This document shows, in pieces, positions 58,073-64,000 of a stretch of DNA of 64,000 nucleotides (the stretch's first letter is position 1; every line of letters begins with the position of its first letter). The stretch is from Patescibacteria group bacterium (GTDB lineage: Bacteria > Patescibacteriota > JACPGU01), in contig JBAYUK010000002.1 of assembly GCA_041675145.1 (NCBI GenBank), positions 152,530-216,529 on the forward strand, read 5' to 3'. Below the pieces are notes generated by a model. That model made no database searches. It worked only from the letters and a program-made list of their open reading frames with translations, and had not been told where the DNA came from. The translations under genes were made by a program, and so were the position numbers.

Positions 58073-58723
58073 TTACCTTTGTTTAGCCATTTTCTCAATT
58101 TCTTTGGAAATCACTGACTCTATAAGTTCTTTCGATTGAGCTCCTACGACTTTTTTGTCGTTAATAAATAGGGTGGGAGTAGAGGATAAGTTGAGTATTT
58201 TTGCCTCACTGATGCCTCCTTTTACCCTGTTCATCAGTGATTGGTTCTTGCTGTCTGAGTTGAAGCGAGACATATCGAGCTGTAAGAGCTTGGCAAAGGA
58301 TGTGAAGCTACCTATATCAAGGGTATCTTGGTTGGCAAAGAGTAGATCGTGCATTTCCCAAAATTTACCCTGTTTTCCTGCAGCTTCAGAGGCAATTGCC
58401 GAAGGTGTTGCTAAGGGGTGTATGCCTTCTAGAGGGAAATGGCGGTATACAAGCTTTATCTGGTTTGGGTAGTCTTGCATGATCTCATTTAGTACTGGCT
58501 CAAGTTGAGCACAATATGGGCACTGAAAGTCGCTGTATTCAATGATTGTAACGGGGGCATCTTGCGGTCCGAGAGCATGATCTTCTTCGGTGACTCTTGG
58601 TGGGAGTGAACTAGCAGCAATTGCGTTATCTTCTGGCTCGCTGATACTAAAAAGAGCAAATCCAAGAATCGCAAGAGATACTGTAAAGAGAAATACAGGA
58701 AGAATTTTTTGTATAAATGACAT
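58073..58723 (-). CDS. DsbA-family thioredoxin-fold protein
   Basis: EYSDFQCPYC, YRHFPL, STPT. Confidence 0.9.
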   Translation of the reverse strand: MSFIQKILPVFLFTVSLAILGFALFSISEPEDNAIAASSLPPRVTEEDHALGPQDAPVTIIEYSDFQCPYCAQLEPVLNEIMQDYPNQIKLVYRHFPLEGIHPLATPSAIASEAAGKQGKFWEMHDLLFANQDTLDIGSFTSFAKLLQLDMSRFNSDSKNQSLMNRVKGGISEAKILNLSSTPTLFINDKKVVGAQSKELIESVISKEIEKMAKQR

Positions 58724-58748
58724 AAAAGGCGCTTTTTGTATAAAAAAA

Positions 58749-58819
58749 CTCAGGGACCTGGGCTCGAACCAGGATTGACGGCTTCAAAGGCCGCTGTCCT
58801 ACCATTAGACGATCCCTGA
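58749..58819 (-). tRNA. tRNA-Gln (TTG)
   Basis: Acceptor TCAGGGA/TCCCTGA; anticodon arm GCGGC-CTTTGAA-GCCGT; GGTTCGAGCCC. Confidence 0.95.
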
Positions 58820-58908
58820 ATGCCCAAAAATCGTATCATATTTAGTGAAAAATTAAAATAGTCTCGACTGGAAGTGTAATGTATGGATAATAAAAGAAAA
58901 AAACAATT

Positions 58909-60600
58909 GTGATTCAACAAGATATTTTTCTTCAAATTGGCTTTGCGATTATGTGTGCAACAATACTGGGCGTATTAGGTAAGCTAATGCGACAGCCTCT
59001 GGTAGTTGCCTATATATTAACTGGTTTCTTGCTCGGACCTTTTTTGTTTGGAGTAATAAATAACCAGGAAGTAGTATCTCTTTTCTCTACAATCGGAATC
59101 GCCTTCTTACTTTTTATAGTAGGAATGGAGCTAAATTTCGAACGGCTCAAGCAAATAGGGCACAGAGCGATTATTATTGGCGCTGTCCAGATAGTTGCTA
59201 GTTTTATACTCGGATACGCACTGTTGTTATTTCTGGGCTTTACCTCAATAGTTAGTTTCTATGTATCACTCGCACTCACCTTTAGTAGTACCGTTATAGT
59301 TGTAAAATTACTCTCAGATAAGAAATCTCTTTTCTCTCTACATGGAAAGATTGCTCTCGGTATATTAATTGTTCAAGATGTAGTAGCACTCCTTGCGTTA
59401 ATCTTGTTTTCAAGTTTTAGCGCTTCAGGATCAATATCGCTTATCTCTGGAGTGGAGATATTTACCAAAGGAATAGTTTTAACACTATTAGTATTCTTCT
59501 TAGGTAAATTTATTTTCTATAGAATATTTAGATACTTGGCGCATTCGGCTGAGCTGCTGTTTTTAGCGAGTATTGCGTGGTGTTTTTTTGTTTCGAGTAT
59601 CTTTGCTTACCTTGGATTTTCAATTGAAATGGGAGCTTTTGTTGCTGGAGTAACCTTAGCAGGACTTCCTTTTCATGAAGAAATAACCGCTAAGCTAGTT
59701 CCTCTTAGAGACTTCTTCCTTATATTGTTCTTCGTTACTCTTGGTATGCAGATAAACCCAGGAGTACTTTCTGGTGTCTTGCTCCCTACAGCTTTACTTG
59801 TTCTTTTCGTGGTTATAGTGAAGCCCTTCTTGATCATGCTTACTATGAACGGCTTGACCTTTAATAAGAGAACTAGTTTCTTTACTGCTTTTTCTTTATC
59901 TCAAATCAGTGAGTTCTCATTGATTATTGTTGCCCTTGGTTTGAGAGTGGGGCACCTCGACCAGACAATTGTCTCTATGATTGTAGTGGTGATGGGAGTA
60001 ACGGTTTTGATATCTTCATACATCATCACCTATATGGGACATATCTATGTTTGGGCGAGAAAGTTGCTGTATGTTCTTGAGATAGATTCAGAGGAAGACG
60101 ACCTTGAGCTTCCAAGAATTAAAAATCACACGATACTTTTTGGATACCGTAACCTCGGTCGTTTTATATTTCCAACACTTGAAAAGATAAATAAAAAGAT
60201 TGTAGTTGTTGACCTTGATCCAGATATTTATGACGAATTGACCAAAAAAGGTATCTACAATATCTACGGTGATGCATACGATCCAACAGTGTTAGACAAG
60301 CTCCACTTGCAGTACGCCAAGATGGTTGTTGCTACTTTCTCGGGAGTTAAGAGTAATAGCTATCTCGTACGCAAAATTCGTGAGCAAAACAAAAAGGCGA
60401 CCATTATATCTTTCTCGAATAAGTTGAAGGATGCGTTAGCTCTTTACGAGGCAGGGGCGGATTATGTTATTTTCCCACACATGTTAAGTGCTCAGTATTT
60501 AAACCAGATGCTACTTAAGACCAGCAGAAAAGACAAGAAGTTGGTTTCAATTCGTAAAGAACATCTAAAAACCTTGCGTTTACTAGATAAGAGTGTTTAA
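58909..60600 (+). CDS. CPA2 cation:proton antiporter with TrkA_N domain (Kef-like)
   Basis: LLFIVGME, SSTVIV, GILIVQD, SEFS; C-terminal GY..LG...YGDA. Confidence 0.9.
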   Translation: MIQQDIFLQIGFAIMCATILGVLGKLMRQPLVVAYILTGFLLGPFLFGVINNQEVVSLFSTIGIAFLLFIVGMELNFERLKQIGHRAIIIGAVQIVASFILGYALLLFLGFTSIVSFYVSLALTFSSTVIVVKLLSDKKSLFSLHGKIALGILIVQDVVALLALILFSSFSASGSISLISGVEIFTKGIVLTLLVFFLGKFIFYRIFRYLAHSAELLFLASIAWCFFVSSIFAYLGFSIEMGAFVAGVTLAGLPFHEEITAKLVPLRDFFLILFFVTLGMQINPGVLSGVLLPTALLVLFVVIVKPFLIMLTMNGLTFNKRTSFFTAFSLSQISEFSLIIVALGLRVGHLDQTIVSMIVVVMGVTVLISSYIITYMGHIYVWARKLLYVLEIDSEEDDLELPRIKNHTILFGYRNLGRFIFPTLEKINKKIVVVDLDPDIYDELTKKGIYNIYGDAYDPTVLDKLHLQYAKMVVATFSGVKSNSYLVRKIREQNKKATIISFSNKLKDALALYEAGADYVIFPHMLSAQYLNQMLLKTSRKDKKLVSIRKEHLKTLRLLDKSV

Positions 60601-60619
60601 ATAAAGTAATATCTCAACT

Positions 60620-61588
60620 ATGAAAAGATTTTTTATTGGCTTTATTACAGTGATCTTAATTTTGGCGGCAGTAGCGGCCATACTTTTTTTTGGAGGAAGT
60701 AATCTATTCGCGCGCGCATCTTTAAAGCCTAAAGCAGTAGATCTTACTAATATAGCCAAAACATCTGCGATCTCGGCTCCTCTCTATGCGTATGAAGTAG
60801 TTGAGCAATCGAGCTATATAACGCTAAAGCCAGGAGAAAAGAGCACACTTACACTTAAGATCAAGAATATCGGTAACACTACCTGGCAGCAAACAGGTGA
60901 ATTTCCTGTGTATTTAGCTACAAGTCGCCCAGACGAACGAGTTACCCAGTTCTATACTAAGGGCTTAGAAGGCTGGATCAGTGGGGATAGAATCCGTTTT
61001 ACGCAATCGTCTGTTGCGCCAGGAGAAACCGCAGAGTTTGTCTTTACAGTTGTAGCGTCAAAGAACCCGGGTATATATAGGGAATACTTTAGGCCCGTTG
61101 TGGAGCATGTTCAGTGGCTGTCTGACCTCGGAGTGTACTGGGATATAACGGTTCCGTCAAAAGATCCAAAAGCTAACTTAACAACGTATGTTAGTGGAAA
61201 GCCAGAAAAGTATATTTTAGTGGATATTTCAGAACAAAGACTCAAGGTATATGAAAATGGACTCGAGAAGTACTCGTTTGTTACTTCTACAGGTAGGTCA
61301 GGAATGGATACTCCAATCGGGGAGTTCACTATTCATAATAAATACCCAACTGCCTACAGTAAGCCCTTTGACCTATATATGGATAACTGGATGGCTATCA
61401 CCGCGGATGGTGAGTACGGGCTCCACTCGTTGCCATATTGGAAGCTGAAGACTGGTGGTCGTCTCTATGAAGGTGAAGAGCATCTAGGAACTCGTGTGTC
61501 GCACGGATGTATAAGGACTGGGCTAGAACAGTCTAAAATTCTCTATGAATGGGCTCGGGTAGGAACAAAGGTATATATACAGAACTAG
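60620..61588 (+). CDS. L,D-transpeptidase (YkuD) with Ig-like domain
   Basis: STG..TPIGEF, GLH...SHGCIR. Confidence 0.88.
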   Translation: MKRFFIGFITVILILAAVAAILFFGGSNLFARASLKPKAVDLTNIAKTSAISAPLYAYEVVEQSSYITLKPGEKSTLTLKIKNIGNTTWQQTGEFPVYLATSRPDERVTQFYTKGLEGWISGDRIRFTQSSVAPGETAEFVFTVVASKNPGIYREYFRPVVEHVQWLSDLGVYWDITVPSKDPKANLTTYVSGKPEKYILVDISEQRLKVYENGLEKYSFVTSTGRSGMDTPIGEFTIHNKYPTAYSKPFDLYMDNWMAITADGEYGLHSLPYWKLKTGGRLYEGEEHLGTRVSHGCIRTGLEQSKILYEWARVGTKVYIQN

Positions 61589-61705
61589 ACTAGTGTATTT
61601 AGGCGGGCAACCAATCCGACTCCTGGTTGCTCGAACTCTATATCTTTGTTATACTAGTTAAACCATGCTGTGCGAGCTGGTCTTCATTTTGATTAAAAAA
61701 GCATT

Positions 61706-63757
61706 ATGGCAAAAGAGCAAAAAAATCAACAATATACTGGTGAATCTATCCAGGTACTGGAGGGGTTAGACCCTGTCCGTAAGCGGCCTGGAATGTACAT
61801 CGGTTCAACTGGTGTAGCAGGACTCCATCACCTTGTTTGGGAGTTACTCGATAACTCTGTGGATGAAGCGATGGCGGGTTATTGTACTAAGATTATTGTT
61901 GAGCTTTTGCCCGATAACCGCGTGTCTGTTTTTGATAATGGTCGTGGTATTCCAGTAGATATCCATAAACAAACTGGAAAATCTACTCTAGAAACAGTCC
62001 TAACCGTTCTTCACGCAGGAGGTAAGTTTGGTGGTGGTGGATATAAAGTCTCTGGCGGTCTTCACGGAGTAGGAGCTTCAGTAGTGAATGCACTTTCTAC
62101 ATTTGTGCGCGCCGAAGTTATGCGTGATGGAAAGCTGTACGTCCAAGAGTTTAAAGCAGGTGTTCCAATTGGGCCGGTAAAGGCAGAAGGAAAAGTAGAG
62201 GGGACAGGAACAAAAATTACCTTTACGCCAGACCCAACAATTTTTGAAACAGTAGTATTCAACTTTAAAACTATTATTGATAAGGTTCGTCAAACAGCTT
62301 ACCTTACAAAAGGGCTCGAGCTTATTGTTGTTGATAGTCGTGAAGTAATTGAGGTTGGTACTGGGAAATCTAAGCAGGTATTCCCAGTTCAGAAACAGAG
62401 CTATTACTTTGAGGGAGGAGTTAGTTCGTATGTACTCCATTTAAATAAGAAGAAAGAGCAACTTCATTTCCCTCCTGTCTACATGAATAAAACAGTGGAT
62501 GATATTAATGTAGAAGTTGCCATCCAGTATACGAATAGCTTTACAGAAAACGTGTATAGCTTTGCAAACAATATCTATACCCCTGAAGGTGGAATGCATT
62601 TAACTGGATTCCGCAGTGCCTTAACACGTGCCTTAAATGACTACGCACGTAAGAATGGAATTCTAAAAGATAAAGACGAGAACTTGAGTGGTGATGATGT
62701 TCGTGAAGGTCTTACAGCTATTATTTCTGTGAAGATTACTAACCCGCAGTTTGAAGGTCAAACTAAGCAGAAGCTTGGAAACCCAGAAGCTCGTCCAGTA
62801 GTTGAATCTATTACAGCAGAAGGTCTTATCACATACCTCGAAGAAAACCCAGGTGAAGCGCGCAGAATGATTGAGAAAAATATTTTAGCTGCTCGAGCTC
62901 GTTTAGCAGCTAAAGCGGCGCGTGACACCGTTATTCGTAAAGGCGCACTCGAGGGAATGACACTCCCTGGTAAACTTGCAGACTGTTCTAGTAAGAAAAG
63001 AGAAGAGTGTGAAATCTACATAGTTGAGGGTGACTCTGCGGGTGGTAGTGCAAAGACAGGCCGTGACCGTAAGTTCCAGGCAATTCTGCCGCTAAGAGGA
63101 AAAATCTTGAATGTGGAGAGAGCGCGACTTGACCGTATGCTTGCTTCAACTGAAGTGAGAGCGCTTATCATTGCTTTAGGTGTTGGTATTGGTGAGACAT
63201 TTGATATTGAGAGGTTACGCTACGATAGAGTTATTATTATGACCGATGCAGACGTAGATGGGGCTCATATTAGAACTCTTCTTTTAACGTTCTTCTTCCG
63301 TCATATGCCAACTCTTGTAGAGGGTGGTCATATCTATATCGCACAGCCTCCTTTATATAAAATCACAAAGGGAAGAGATAGTTTGTATGCATACAGTGAT
63401 CAAGAGAAGGAAAGTATTATTTTGGAGATAGAGAAAAAGGCAAATGATTCAAAAAAGAAGAAAGAGGAGATTATTGAAGAAGAAGTTGAGATTGAGACAG
63501 GAGAGGAAGGTGAGGAACTAGTTGTTAAAAAGGGAACTCGTATAAACATCCAGCGCTACAAAGGTCTTGGAGAAATGAATGCAGAACAGCTATGGGAGAC
63601 TACTATGGACCCAAAGAATCGGATTCTACTACAAGTAGGAATAGAAGATGCGGCAAAAGCTGATGAGGTGTTCTCAACGCTTATGGGTGACGAAGTTCCT
63701 CCTCGCAAGAAGTTTATTCAGACTCACGCAAAAACAGTAAAGAATCTTGATATTTAA
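61706..63757 (+). CDS. gyrB: DNA gyrase subunit B
   Basis: VRKRPGMYIG, LHAGGKF, VEGDSAGG, PLRGK, QRYKGLGEM. Confidence 0.98.
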   Translation: MAKEQKNQQYTGESIQVLEGLDPVRKRPGMYIGSTGVAGLHHLVWELLDNSVDEAMAGYCTKIIVELLPDNRVSVFDNGRGIPVDIHKQTGKSTLETVLTVLHAGGKFGGGGYKVSGGLHGVGASVVNALSTFVRAEVMRDGKLYVQEFKAGVPIGPVKAEGKVEGTGTKITFTPDPTIFETVVFNFKTIIDKVRQTAYLTKGLELIVVDSREVIEVGTGKSKQVFPVQKQSYYFEGGVSSYVLHLNKKKEQLHFPPVYMNKTVDDINVEVAIQYTNSFTENVYSFANNIYTPEGGMHLTGFRSALTRALNDYARKNGILKDKDENLSGDDVREGLTAIISVKITNPQFEGQTKQKLGNPEARPVVESITAEGLITYLEENPGEARRMIEKNILAARARLAAKAARDTVIRKGALEGMTLPGKLADCSSKKREECEIYIVEGDSAGGSAKTGRDRKFQAILPLRGKILNVERARLDRMLASTEVRALIIALGVGIGETFDIERLRYDRVIIMTDADVDGAHIRTLLLTFFFRHMPTLVEGGHIYIAQPPLYKITKGRDSLYAYSDQEKESIILEIEKKANDSKKKKEEIIEEEVEIETGEEGEELVVKKGTRINIQRYKGLGEMNAEQLWETTMDPKNRILLQVGIEDAAKADEVFSTLMGDEVPPRKKFIQTHAKTVKNLDI

Positions 63758-63790
63758 TACGCCTACACGTTCTTAAACTAAATTATCCAT

Positions 63791-64000
63791 ATGGCAAAGA
63801 AGAAAGACATAACCGAAAACCAGGAAGTGGTAGCGCAGGTTGCCCCAAAAAGTGATATGCGTTTTGGGCAAGTAAATGCCCGCGGTATTACTGAAGAGAT
63901 GGAGCAAAGCTATCTAGATTACGCTATGAGCGTAATTGTTTCTCGTGCACTTCCTGATGTTCGTGACGGAATGAAGCCAGTTCACCGTAGAATTCTTTTT
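63791..64000 (+). CDS. gyrA: DNA gyrase subunit A (5' part, runs off the window)
   Basis: [35 protein letters not shown]. Confidence 0.95.
   Translation, partial: MAKKKDITENQEVVAQVAPKSDMRFGQVNARGITEEMEQSYLDYAMSVIVSRALPDVRDGMKPVHRRILF

Noticed and set aside
57750-58117. Short + strand ORFs 57750-57959 and 57932-58117
   Set aside because: Antisense to RNase P RNA; spurious.
58750-58935. 61-aa minus-strand ORF
   Set aside because: It is largely a translation of tRNA-Gln(TTG).
2296-62440. Numerous 60-180-aa ORFs nested in or antisense to long genes
   Set aside because: Shadow frames of well-supported genes, with no recognisable motifs.

Overview
Bacterial chromosome segment whose gene set and style suggest Patescibacteria/CPR; the taxon is inferred, not proven. 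Housekeeping flanks: rpmA, dnaE, rplS, rnhB and gltX on the left; rsmE, dnaX, dnaB, a GtrA/glycosyltransferase cluster, an EPS cluster, rnpB, gyrB and the start of gyrA on the right; three tRNAs. An accessory island of about 22 kb starts at the last base of tRNA-Gln(CTG) (8506). It appears to be a tandem array of units joined by a conserved ~200-bp two-part junction repeat that switches at a CAG core in register with the tRNA 3' end. One unit (17849-28390) has an intact large serine recombinase, a LexA-like repressor, two DNA methyltransferases and a terminase-small-like HTH protein. Another keeps only a recombinase C-terminal remnant, and others are 1-2-gene cassettes. Other notable items: a Met-rich leaderless leader-peptide attenuator upstream of a SAM-hydrolase-like gene, two candidate structured RNAs inside the recombinase element, a repeated terminator/promoter hairpin, several HEPN-like cargo genes and a frameshifted diguanylate cyclase. 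All family calls come from motif recognition by eye, not database searches.
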